Notes under the pieces: generated by a model
The model's input: only the letters and a program-made list of their open reading frames with translations
Databases searched by the model: none
Told to the model about the DNA's origin: nothing
Shown here: one piece after another, positions 53,043 to 60,768 of the stretch
Numbering within the stretch: the stretch's first letter is position 1
Layout of the letters: each line of letters opens with the position of its first letter
NCBI GenBank assembly: GCA_009694265.1
Contig: SHVM01000001.1
Location: forward strand, 29,229-93,228
Direction of reading: 5' to 3'
Length of the DNA stretch: 64,000 bases
Source: Pseudolabrys sp.
GTDB taxonomy: Bacteria; Pseudomonadota; Alphaproteobacteria; Rhizobiales; Xanthobacteraceae
Position numbers and translations under genes: made by a program

Positions 53043-54298
53043 TCCGCTCTCGGCATCGTCCACCAGATCGCCACGGCGACGAGAAGCGTCGCTGCGCCGA
53101 TCATTAAAAAAAGCGCCGGCACGCCCACACCGGCCTTCTGCAACAGCGCCACCAGCACCGTCGCGCCGGTCATGAACGCGGCATTGAGCACATTGACCGC
53201 GGCGACCGTGCGCGCGCGGTAATCGGCGCCGGACCAGGCCTGCACCGCGGCGAAGGCCGGCACGATGAACAGCCCGCCGGCAATTGCAAGTCCGCCAAGA
53301 TCGACGGCAATACGAATTCCCAACAGCGATGAAAAAACCGCGTTCGGCGTTTTCGGCTCCAGCACGGGAGCTACGCCAAACGTCGCCAGCCCCAGATCGA
53401 GCGCGAACAGGCCGAGCAGCACGCAGCCTGCCAGCGTCGTCTTGAGCACAATGCGCCCGCGCGCGATTACCGCGGCCAAGCCTGAGCCGGCGCCGACCGC
53501 GATCGAGAACAGCGCGAGATAGACGGTGACCGTATTTTCATCGCCGCCGATCAGCGTCTTGATCAGCGGCGGCAACAGCGCCATCACCACGATGCCGACC
53601 AGCCAGAACCAGCTCGTCACCATCGCTCCCCACCACAGCCTGCTGTCTGCGCGCAGATGCCGGATCATCACAGCGGTCGAGGACACGATATTGAACGCGA
53701 CTTTGAGATGCGGCGCGCCTTCGCCGGTCGGCGGAATAGCCAAGCTCGCGATCCAGCAGGCAACCGCAAATCCGATCACCAGCGCGGCGAATGCCGCGGC
53801 ATCGCCACCGCCGCGCGCCGCCAGCCCGCCGACAATCGTCCCGGTCAGAATGGCGACGAAGGTCGCGCCTTCCACTAGCGCATTGCCGGCGGGCAATTCC
53901 TCGCGCCGCAAATGGTCGGGTAAAATCCCGTATTTGATCGGCCCAAACAGCGCGGCGATCACCCCGAAGCCGGCCAGCGCAACGAACAAGATCGGCACCG
54001 ATTGGCGCCAATAACCGGCCACCGCCAGGCCGGCGACAAAAATCTCGGAAAATTTCAGCCATTGCGCGACCCGCGCCTTGTCGTAGCGGTCGGCCAGTTC
54101 GCCGCCTAGCGCGGAGAGGAAAAAATACGGCGCGATGAATATCGCGCTGGCCAGTGTGATCAGCGCCTCGGCCCCGTCCGAGCCAAACAGGATCAGAAAA
54201 ACCAGTGCGGTTTTGAGAAAATTATCGTTGAATGCCGCGAAGAACTGGCACCAGAACAGCGGCGCGAAACGTCTCGACAGCATCAGGGACGATGGCAT
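53039..54298 (-). CDS. MFS transporter, LplT-like (stand-alone)
   Basis: RRFAPLFWCQFFAAFNDN, GELADRYDK, FGPIKYGILP; about 12 TM. Confidence 0.85.
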   Translation of the reverse strand: MPSSLMLSRRFAPLFWCQFFAAFNDNFLKTALVFLILFGSDGAEALITLASAIFIAPYFFLSALGGELADRYDKARVAQWLKFSEIFVAGLAVAGYWRQSVPILFVALAGFGVIAALFGPIKYGILPDHLRREELPAGNALVEGATFVAILTGTIVGGLAARGGGDAAAFAALVIGFAVACWIASLAIPPTGEGAPHLKVAFNIVSSTAVMIRHLRADSRLWWGAMVTSWFWLVGIVVMALLPPLIKTLIGGDENTVTVYLALFSIAVGAGSGLAAVIARGRIVLKTTLAGCVLLGLFALDLGLATFGVAPVLEPKTPNAVFSSLLGIRIAVDLGGLAIAGGLFIVPAFAAVQAWSGADYRARTVAAVNVLNAAFMTGATVLVALLQKAGVGVPALFLMIGAATLLVAVAIWWTMPRAD

Positions 54299-54312
54299 AG
54301 CCCGTCATTATC

Positions 54313-54357
54313 GCATGATCCTGAAAAGTGGGAACTGGTTTTCGGACAAGATCATAC
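54313..54357. repeat. 45-bp palindromic intergenic repeat, copy 3 (inverted)
   Basis: Reverse complement matches copy 1 at 42/45 positions. Confidence 0.85.
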
Positions 54358-54402
54358 GCAAGTAAAAAGCAAAGTTCCGCTGCTAGCGGGCAGCGCCGAC
54401 GC

Positions 54403-54433
54403 AAAAAAATAGGACGGCCATTTGGCCGCCCTA
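54403..54433 (-). terminator. Rho-independent terminator for the 41-aa ORF
   Basis: Plus strand AAAAAAA-TAGGACGGCC-attt-GGCCGCCCTA gives a hairpin plus U7 on the minus strand. Confidence 0.7.
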
Positions 54434-54458
54434 ACGGGTTTGCTGCCGGTGACGCAAA

Positions 54459-54584
54459 TTATAATTGTCGCACACGCCCTCGCCCGTATCGGCGGGCTCC
54501 CGCTCCGCTTGATTCGAGCTTCACCGCTCCCAGGCCGAAACCAAGGGCGATGGCGAGGGCGACACTAAACAGCGATATCCACAT
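54459..54584 (-). CDS. 41-aa single-TM small protein (not in the ORF track)
   Basis: MWISLFSVALAIALGFGLGAVKLESSGAGARRYGRGRVRQL; AAGGAGG SD 7 nt upstream; own promoter and terminator. Confidence 0.75.
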   Translation of the reverse strand: MWISLFSVALAIALGFGLGAVKLESSGAGARRYGRGRVRQL

Positions 54585-54638
54585 GGCGTAACCTCCTTGT
54601 TGGCGCGGGCCGCACCGCGCGGGAAGTCTGCCGGTAGA

Positions 54639-54663
54639 AACGCATCAGGTGGGCGCTGGTTCC
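54639..54663 (-). promoter_or_regulatory. sigma-EcfG (general stress response) type promoter
   Basis: Minus strand GGAAC-cagcgcccacctgatg(16)-CGTT matches the alphaproteobacterial EcfG/RpoE2/SigT consensus. Confidence 0.7.
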
Positions 54664-54744
54664 TCGGTTCCACGGAGTTCCCCCCGACCGGGCGGAACTT
54701 TGTGGTGATTGATATCCGTGCGTGAATAGTAAAATTATCAGCAA

Positions 54745-55470
54745 TTACAATTGACTTCGGATCGTGGATTGCAGATCGGCCAGCAAAACGCGCAGGTCGA
54801 GTTCCCGGAACTCCAGAAAAATCTTCCGCAGCCAGCGTTGCAGCTCGATATGGACCTCAAGCGGGATGCCCTTCACATGGGCGAGACTCTTATCCGAGAA
54901 CGAGAATGGCGGCGTCGCGATATAGCGGCGCAAACCCGGCGCCAGCACGGGGAGCCTCACTTGCACCGCGCCGCTCCCGCTGACCGGATATTTATCACGG
55001 TGCTGCGCTGAGCCGAGCAATTCATTGTGCACCGGCGTCAACGTGGCCTGCGGCAGACGGCTTCGCAGATTGCGATAGACCTCGACCGAAGTATTGTCCG
55101 GAGTGATCACGAACAGGATGGCCGGCGCTATGCCGCGGCGGCGTGCTTCCTCGGCGAAGCCGATCTGTTTTGCCAGCGTGAAGAAGGCCTCGAACGACTC
55201 GTGACCGAGATCGACAACCTTGGTAGTGTCGTCGTCGGTGATCAGGCGGTCGAACAGCGCCATCTGCCCCTTGATATCGCCGATCTCCGATGCGGCCACA
55301 TGTTCGGGCAGGAATTGCGCAAGCGTCCCCTCGCCCGAATTGAGATCGAAGGCTTCAACCGCACGGCCCTCGTCCATATGAAAATCCACGAGCAGCCGCG
55401 CCAGCAGGGTCTTGCCCACGCGCGGACGCGGCGATGCGACGATGGTGACTGAGTTGCGGAACGACATCAC
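54745..55470 (-). CDS. ParA/MinD-like P-loop protein with degenerate Walker A
   Basis: SPRPRVGKT, AFDL, VVDLGH; paralogous to the upstream gene. Confidence 0.75.
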   Translation of the reverse strand: MMSFRNSVTIVASPRPRVGKTLLARLLVDFHMDEGRAVEAFDLNSGEGTLAQFLPEHVAASEIGDIKGQMALFDRLITDDDTTKVVDLGHESFEAFFTLAKQIGFAEEARRRGIAPAILFVITPDNTSVEVYRNLRSRLPQATLTPVHNELLGSAQHRDKYPVSGSGAVQVRLPVLAPGLRRYIATPPFSFSDKSLAHVKGIPLEVHIELQRWLRKIFLEFRELDLRVLLADLQSTIRSQL

Positions 55471-55514
55471 ATCACCGGACGCCGTCCGCTTGATCGGCGC
55501 GGTTTGAGCAGCGG

Positions 55515-56288
55515 CTAGCCGGCGGAAGCTTTACTGGCGACTTGGCGGACGTTGCTTTCCGTTTTCGGCGAGACCAAGTCGACCAGTTTGACACGATCGT
55601 ACTCGCCCCAGACATTGCCGAGCCAATGACGCACATAGCCACGCAGAACGAATGAATAGTTGGACGCTTCGCCCTTGGCATTCTTGTTGGCGACGAACGA
55701 AACATAGGGAACGCCGGCCACTTCCACCTGTTCGCAAGCCATCTCGTTGAGCTTGGGAATGGTGATCTCCTCGGCGCGCTTGATCTGCTTGAAATACGAA
55801 TCGTAGGTCACAGGATCCCACTCGAAGAACGGCGTATCGTTGATGTGGTTTTTCACCAGGAAGTAGCTGGCGTCGCCGACAAAACGCGATGTCTCGGCGA
55901 TCTCTTCCAGTGAGGCGATCGAGGGGCCGAGGATATGGAATACCGCGAAGGTGATCTGGCCCTTCTTGGCCGATTCGATAAAGCCGATGTCGTTCAGCGC
56001 CTGCAGCGTGGACGACAGCAGGCCGGCGCGCACGTCGATGATGGTCACTTTGGCTTCGGCGTTGCCGAGCGTATCGAAGATTTTCATCTGGTCGAGGACC
56101 GAGTTCACATCGACGACTTCAGTCACGCCGGGATGGAAGCGTTTGAGCGTGCCGCGCGGCGACTCGGTGTCGAAGGCGCGCGTCGGCGTATTATGGGCGC
56201 CGAAATAATCGAGCAAAGTGCGGGCAATGGTGGTCTTGCCGACGCCCCCCTTATCCGCACCGACGAGAATGACTGCTGGTCTGGCCAT
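55515..56288 (-). CDS. ParA/MinD-like P-loop NTPase
   Basis: Deviant Walker A ADKGGVGKT, AFDTE, IIDVRAG. Confidence 0.8.
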   Translation of the reverse strand: MARPAVILVGADKGGVGKTTIARTLLDYFGAHNTPTRAFDTESPRGTLKRFHPGVTEVVDVNSVLDQMKIFDTLGNAEAKVTIIDVRAGLLSSTLQALNDIGFIESAKKGQITFAVFHILGPSIASLEEIAETSRFVGDASYFLVKNHINDTPFFEWDPVTYDSYFKQIKRAEEITIPKLNEMACEQVEVAGVPYVSFVANKNAKGEASNYSFVLRGYVRHWLGNVWGEYDRVKLVDLVSPKTESNVRQVASKASAG

Positions 56289-56488
56289 AACGCTACTCTA
56301 CAAAACTACACGTGAATGCCGAGGTTTAACGGCTTCCCTGGATACCTTACTATGTTATCGGCCGGGGAGAATCACAGGATTATTCCTTGACCGCACGCTA
56401 TCCTAACGTCGCGGCTGGGTTGCCGTGTCATAAATTGTCATGTGATTTCAATAAATTGGCCAAAACTGCAAGTCTGGAGGTCCCACGC

Positions 56489-57325
56489 ATGGCAACAATT
56501 TTCAATGCAGGCGCGGTCGCCGGCGAGCCGGCTGGAAAAGCTATAACCCGCCAGCATCTGCTCACCGAGGCCCGCGTGCCCGGCACCGGTATCTTGCTCG
56601 ACCGCCTGTTACTTGGCGCTGGCGGCGAGGCGCGGTTAACGGTGCCAGCAACCAGCGTGGCCTGGCTTCAGGGACTCGACGGACAAGCACTGCTGGCGCA
56701 TGGCGATACACAGACGTTATCGGACGCTCATGTCGCATTTCTGCCACCCGGCTTTTCCGCCACGTTGAGCGCCGAACGAGGCGCCACGCTGCTCTATGGG
56801 GAAATCCCCAACGCCGCGCGCTTCGACCCAAATTTCAAGCAAAATCCGCCGCTGTTCCGGCTGGCGGATTGGACGCGCGAGCCGGTGCTCGATTCCGAGC
56901 ATGACGCGCGCAAGCGCATTTACCTGGTGACGCCGAAACTGTTCGGCACCAAGGCGGTGAAAGGTGAGATGATCATCTATCCGCCCGGCACCGCGGCCGC
57001 CAATCATCATCACGAAGGCGCCGAGCATTTCATGTATGTGCTGCGCGGACGCGGCACCGTCTATACCAACGAAAAACCTTATCCCGTGCGCCAAGGCGAC
57101 GTCATCTATTATCCCGACCGCGAGCGTCACTATCTCGAGGCAGCCGCCAACGAGGAGTTGGTGTTCGCAGAATTCTTCGCGCCCGCCGAATTCAAGACCA
57201 TCTGGGTTAACGAGAGCGAGATTTGTGCCTGGCTGCCGACCGGCCGCGACATTCGCGGGCGAACGCCGGTCCGCGAAATCAAGGCGCATTCATCGGCTGA
57301 GGTCTTGAGCCCGCAGGATGTTTGA
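56489..57325 (+). CDS. Cupin-domain (bicupin-like) metalloprotein
   Basis: GGAGG SD; C-terminal cupin motifs NHHHEGAEHFMYV and GDVIYYPDRERHY. Confidence 0.82.
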   Translation: MATIFNAGAVAGEPAGKAITRQHLLTEARVPGTGILLDRLLLGAGGEARLTVPATSVAWLQGLDGQALLAHGDTQTLSDAHVAFLPPGFSATLSAERGATLLYGEIPNAARFDPNFKQNPPLFRLADWTREPVLDSEHDARKRIYLVTPKLFGTKAVKGEMIIYPPGTAAANHHHEGAEHFMYVLRGRGTVYTNEKPYPVRQGDVIYYPDRERHYLEAAANEELVFAEFFAPAEFKTIWVNESEICAWLPTGRDIRGRTPVREIKAHSSAEVLSPQDV

Positions 57326-57379
57326 GTCGAAAGCCCGCCTTCGTACGAGAGGCTTGCCGAGCCGAAGCCGCGGAACGGT

Positions 57380-57430
57380 GAAGGCTGGTGCCGGCGGAGG
57401 GATTTGAACCCCCGACCACCCGCTTACGAA
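57380..57430 (-). repeat. att-like copy 1: 3' half of tRNA-Thr(CGT)
   Basis: Minus strand TTCGTAA-GCGGG-TGGTC-GGGGG-TTCAAAT-CCCTC-CGCCGGC-A-CCA-gccttc; no D arm or 5' half. Confidence 0.85.
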
Positions 57431-57709
57431 TCGAAAATTCGGATCGTTCGGCAAATCAGCTGTAGTGCAGCGCTATGCGTCGGAATGCTCGTCAGAACGA
57501 GTTTCTCGATAGATCAAATATTTTTCCCAAAGTGCACTCCAGCGTACCGCAGTGAACTACTGCAAACCACATGTGAGGCGGGAGACTGTAACCGCGAGGT
57601 AACCACCGCTTACGATCTCGTCGCGGTGACCTTCAAATTGGCCCTCGCTGCGTCTCCCGATTGCACGGGAGTCCCTTCCAGTACGCTCGAGACCAATTTT
57701 CGGTTGCTG

Positions 57710-57760
57710 GAAGGCTGGTGCCGGCGGAGGGATTTGAGCCCCCGACCACCCGCTTACGAA
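57710..57760 (-). repeat. att-like copy 2: 3' half of tRNA-Thr(CGT)
   Basis: 50/51 identical to copy 1, 330 bp away; the single change is in the T loop. Confidence 0.85.
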
Positions 57761-57957
57761 GCGGCAGGGTATTCATAAATATCAGTGGCATAGCTACAAA
57801 ACCGACCGAGATGCGCATCAAATGCATCAATGCGTTAGCTCCCGCTCGCAAAACCAAAGTGAGCAAGGCAAGGATCAATTCAGCGGAGCCGTTTATTTCA
57901 GAATCGTGACAGTGCTGAACCTTCGACCACCGGCTCCAGGACCAACGGAAGAACTTC

Positions 57958-58362
57958 ATGCCATATGAAAGTGGTCAGAGCAACAACCCAAATGGCCGCC
58001 CAAAGGGTGCTCGCAACAAAGCAACCCTTGCGGCAGAGGCACTGCTCGATGGCGAAGCCGAAGCAATCACCCGCAAGGCAATCGAACTGGCAAAGGGAGG
58101 CGACATGACGGCCATTCGCCTTTGCCTAGAGCGGATCATACCGGCCAGGCGCGACCGTGTTGCCGCGTTTGCGTTGCCGAAGGTTCAATCGGTGGCCGAC
58201 GCCGTGACCGCCGTGACTGCGATCATCGAGGCGGTGGCCGATGGCGACTTGACACCGGCAGAGGCTGCGGAGTTGTCCAAGGTCGTCGATGGCTTCACCC
58301 GCACGGTGGAACTTGTCGAGATCGACGAGCGGCTCTCCAAGCTGGAGGGCAACAAGCGATGA
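57958..58362 (+). CDS. DUF5681-like protein (phage/ICE terminase-small-subunit-like)
   Basis: N-terminal ESGQSNNPNGRPKGARNK motif, AIRLCLERIIP, C-terminal DERLSKLEG. Confidence 0.75.
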   Translation: MPYESGQSNNPNGRPKGARNKATLAAEALLDGEAEAITRKAIELAKGGDMTAIRLCLERIIPARRDRVAAFALPKVQSVADAVTAVTAIIEAVADGDLTPAEAAELSKVVDGFTRTVELVEIDERLSKLEGNKR

Positions 58363-58568
58363 CCAGCAGGAGAACGGCGACACGCTTGGAGAAGCTTGAA
58401 AGCAACTATGTGAAGGATCGAGTTTTTATTGTTGGCGGCGACGTTGCCGACTGCAAGTGCAAGCTCGAAAGACTGACACGCAGCGGCGAATTGCAGGGCC
58501 GCGAGCCGGTGCTGATTGCCACGGGTATTTTCGGCCCGCCCGATCCTGATAAAGAGGAAGCGCCATGA
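58359..58568 (+). CDS. 69-aa hypothetical protein with N-terminal RLEKLE
   Basis: ATGA overlap with the previous gene; MTSRRTATRLEKLES... Confidence 0.65.
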   Translation: MTSRRTATRLEKLESNYVKDRVFIVGGDVADCKCKLERLTRSGELQGREPVLIATGIFGPPDPDKEEAP

Positions 58569-58783
58569 ATAGGCGAACGGTGACGAGGCTCGAGAAGCTC
58601 GAAGGCAAGGCCCCGGCGAAGTCGATATACGGGAAGCGCGGTTACTTGTTGGATATGACCGTCGATGACAATGACCCCGCAAAGGACGAAAAGATTGCGG
58701 CGTTTAGGCGCGACAACGACATGGCTGCTGACGAGATGCTCATCGTGCGCGTGATTGTTGATCCGCCATTCCGCCCAGCTTGA
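58565..58783 (+). CDS. 72-aa hypothetical protein with N-terminal RLEKLE
   Basis: GAGGAAG SD, ATGA overlap; MNRRTVTRLEKLEGK... Confidence 0.7.
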   Translation: MNRRTVTRLEKLEGKAPAKSIYGKRGYLLDMTVDDNDPAKDEKIAAFRRDNDMAADEMLIVRVIVDPPFRPA

Positions 58784-58826
58784 AAATACAGGACGGGAAC
58801 AGAGGGACAGTCGGGTTCAGTCCCGT

Positions 58827-58895
58827 ATGTCCGCTCTTGTCCAAAAGCGACCGAATTTTGCGACGCAGCGAACGCAGTCATGTTCCATAAGCGAC
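58827..58895 (+). repeat. ATGTCCGCT...AGCGACC structured repeat, copy A
   Basis: About 55/70 identical (hand alignment, one gap) to 60416-60485 in direct orientation. Confidence 0.75.
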
Positions 58896-59060
58896 TTCGC
58901 TGCAACGCAGAAAAGCAGCGGGCTATTTCGCAGTCTCCGACGAACCACCCTATGGCATTCGATGCCGTGAGCGGGCGCCGTCCACCACATCAATCACGTC
59001 ATTCGCTGCAACGCATAAAAGCAGCGGTATTTTTCGTCGTCTCCGACGAACTGCCCTATG
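58896..59060 (+). repeat. Tandem pair of 59-bp hairpin-containing repeats (period 106 bp)
   Basis: 58896-58954 vs 59002-59060, 51/59 identical; each contains a CGCTGC-N11-GCAGCG stem. Confidence 0.8.
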
Positions 59061-59084
59061 ACAGGTGCGATAAAGCATTGCGAT

Positions 59085-59624
59085 TCAAATCTTTCGACTA
59101 TCATACGCCCAGTGCAACAGAGCTTGCCGTTGCCGCGGGCGGCAAAACGGATCACCGGGCTCGCAGTTCATTTTGATTTGAGTGACGTGGCGACGAAATG
59201 CCTTCCAGCGCTTGATCTGCCGTCTATCTTCCTTAGGAATCCTCCTGCCCATGAAATAGCGGCAGTACCATTGAAACCACCCGCGCGGATCATCGTCATG
59301 AAGCCAGCCTTTGGAGCGCCACTCAGATAGTGGCTGGCTGGCGTCGACGCCAAAATAGTTAAGCGAGCAGTCGCGGCCTTTCGGCGACAGCTTTGCTTTC
59401 TTGAACCAGCTCGCGGGGAACTCCTTGCGGCAGTCGGTCATATACTTGCCGCAGAATACACCAAGCGCGAGCATTTCCGCGGGCGTCAGTTCGGGTTTGA
59501 ATTCCGGATCGAAGTTGCGACCGACCGGATCGGTCATCTCGTACCGATAGCCCTTCTGCATAAAGTCAGTCACGGTCACCCAATGCTTCTTGCTCTGGCG
59601 CGACCGTTTGACTCGCCGTTTCAC
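59085..59624 (-). CDS. Conserved hypothetical protein (DPRGWFQWYCRY family)
   Basis: GTG start overlapping the tspO stop (GTGA); motifs FKPELTPAEML, GWFQWYCRYFMGRR, RQIKRW, RQALLHWAY. Confidence 0.8.
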   Translation of the reverse strand: MKRRVKRSRQSKKHWVTVTDFMQKGYRYEMTDPVGRNFDPEFKPELTPAEMLALGVFCGKYMTDCRKEFPASWFKKAKLSPKGRDCSLNYFGVDASQPLSEWRSKGWLHDDDPRGWFQWYCRYFMGRRIPKEDRRQIKRWKAFRRHVTQIKMNCEPGDPFCRPRQRQALLHWAYDSRKI

Positions 59625-60124
59625 GAGTTCAGAATCCAGATCGAAAAGTTAAGAACTGTTGCAAAGCAAACCCATGCCGCCAGAGGCATGAGGCACCAGC
59701 CCGCCATCCTGTCGATCCGATAAAATGCCGCGATGGTTGCGATGATCACCAGAATTTGCGGCACGATGTTGATAAGGCCTAGTAGCGGATTGTGGGCTGC
59801 AAAAAACATCCACGGCCAAGCGGCATTTAACGCGATCTGAGCGAAGAAAAGACTCAACGCCCGTCGACGCCCGGCAGATGCCGCAGGCAGCCGCAAAATA
59901 CGCCATACGGCAAACGCCATCAGGAGATACAGCGCGGTCCAGACCGGGCCGAACAACCAGTTGGGTGGATTGAACGATGGTTTGACGAGGCCGGCATACC
60001 AAGGGGCGAGATTTGGATATGTGGCGAGTTGGCCGACTGCCGATGTGGCGGCGACCGTGATGATCGCCAGAAAACCGAAGCCGAGATCACGGCTCCACGA
60101 AGATGTTGCCGAGGCGTGTGTCAT
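59621..60124 (-). CDS. tspO: TspO/MBR family tryptophan-rich sensory protein
   Basis: WYAGLVKPSFNPPNWLFGPVWTALY, LNAAWPWMFF, AWVCFATVLN. Confidence 0.93.
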   Translation of the reverse strand: MTHASATSSWSRDLGFGFLAIITVAATSAVGQLATYPNLAPWYAGLVKPSFNPPNWLFGPVWTALYLLMAFAVWRILRLPAASAGRRRALSLFFAQIALNAAWPWMFFAAHNPLLGLINIVPQILVIIATIAAFYRIDRMAGWCLMPLAAWVCFATVLNFSIWILNS

Positions 60125-60415
60125 GATCCGACTTCAATCATCTCATCAGGGTGCAGTGACGACTATAACACCTTGGTCACAACTCACTCAATTCCTCCGG
60201 CACGCGACGACGCTCGGCCCTTTCCGCTCGCGCTACAGTCGGTCGGCAGTGAGCTGGGCGGCCTCGGCGCGGGCTACGACATTTCGTCGGCCAATGCGCG
60301 GTTGAACTGGCGTTCTAATTCCGGCCTGAACTCGCAGTGCGGCGCGGCGTAACGGCGGCAAATTTGTCTCAGTTGGGTCAATCGCTACCAACGCAAACAG
60401 CGCCGGTGCCGACCA

Positions 60416-60485
60416 ATGTCCGCTATTCTCCAATAGCGACCGAACTATTGCTGCGCAGCGAATGCAGCGAAGTGCCAGAAGCCAA
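60416..60485 (+). repeat. ATGTCCGCT...AGCGACC structured repeat, copy B
   Basis: Direct repeat of 58827-58895; preceded by a related GGGTCAATCGC sub-unit at about 60366-60389. Confidence 0.75.
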
Positions 60486-60768
60486 CATTCTGCTGTTCGT
60501 AGCAGTTTCAATCGCCGAACGGATTGTAATGCCGTGGGCCGAATGCGGCCATAATTGAGAAGACCACTAGACGCGGCAACACGCGGACGAGGATCGTGGA
60601 TGGCATGCGGGCTCCTTGGTCGCTTGTCGCGGCGCACGTGAGCGATTTGCGCCGTCCGTTCAATCACATGGCTGGGATGTCCGGCGCGGCGATGCGTGCC
60701 ATTGCCGGTGTCCAGGAGTGTTGGTACGCTAACAATCAACGTATGAAAGCGTTTGGGGAGAAAATGCC

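Noticed and set aside
53039-54298. Truncated Aas/acyltransferase fusion (pseudogene)
   Set aside because: The MFS domain is complete with a clean stop, and stand-alone LplT-like proteins are known.
56300-56480. Possible CtrA or sigma54 sites upstream of the ParA-like pair and cupin
   Set aside because: Only a TTAAC half site, and the GG-GC spacing is 8 rather than 10; consensus not met.
57380-57760. Functional tRNA-Thr genes
   Set aside because: Neither copy has a 5' acceptor strand or D arm; copy 2 also has a T-loop substitution.
57404-57959. ORFs overlapping the att repeats (57404-57778, 57633-57959, 57661-57909)
   Set aside because: They are translations of tRNA-derived and AT-rich spacer sequence with no protein motifs.
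58896-59060. Possible mini CRISPR array
   Set aside because: Only two units, 59-bp repeats are too long and too divergent, and no cas genes are present.
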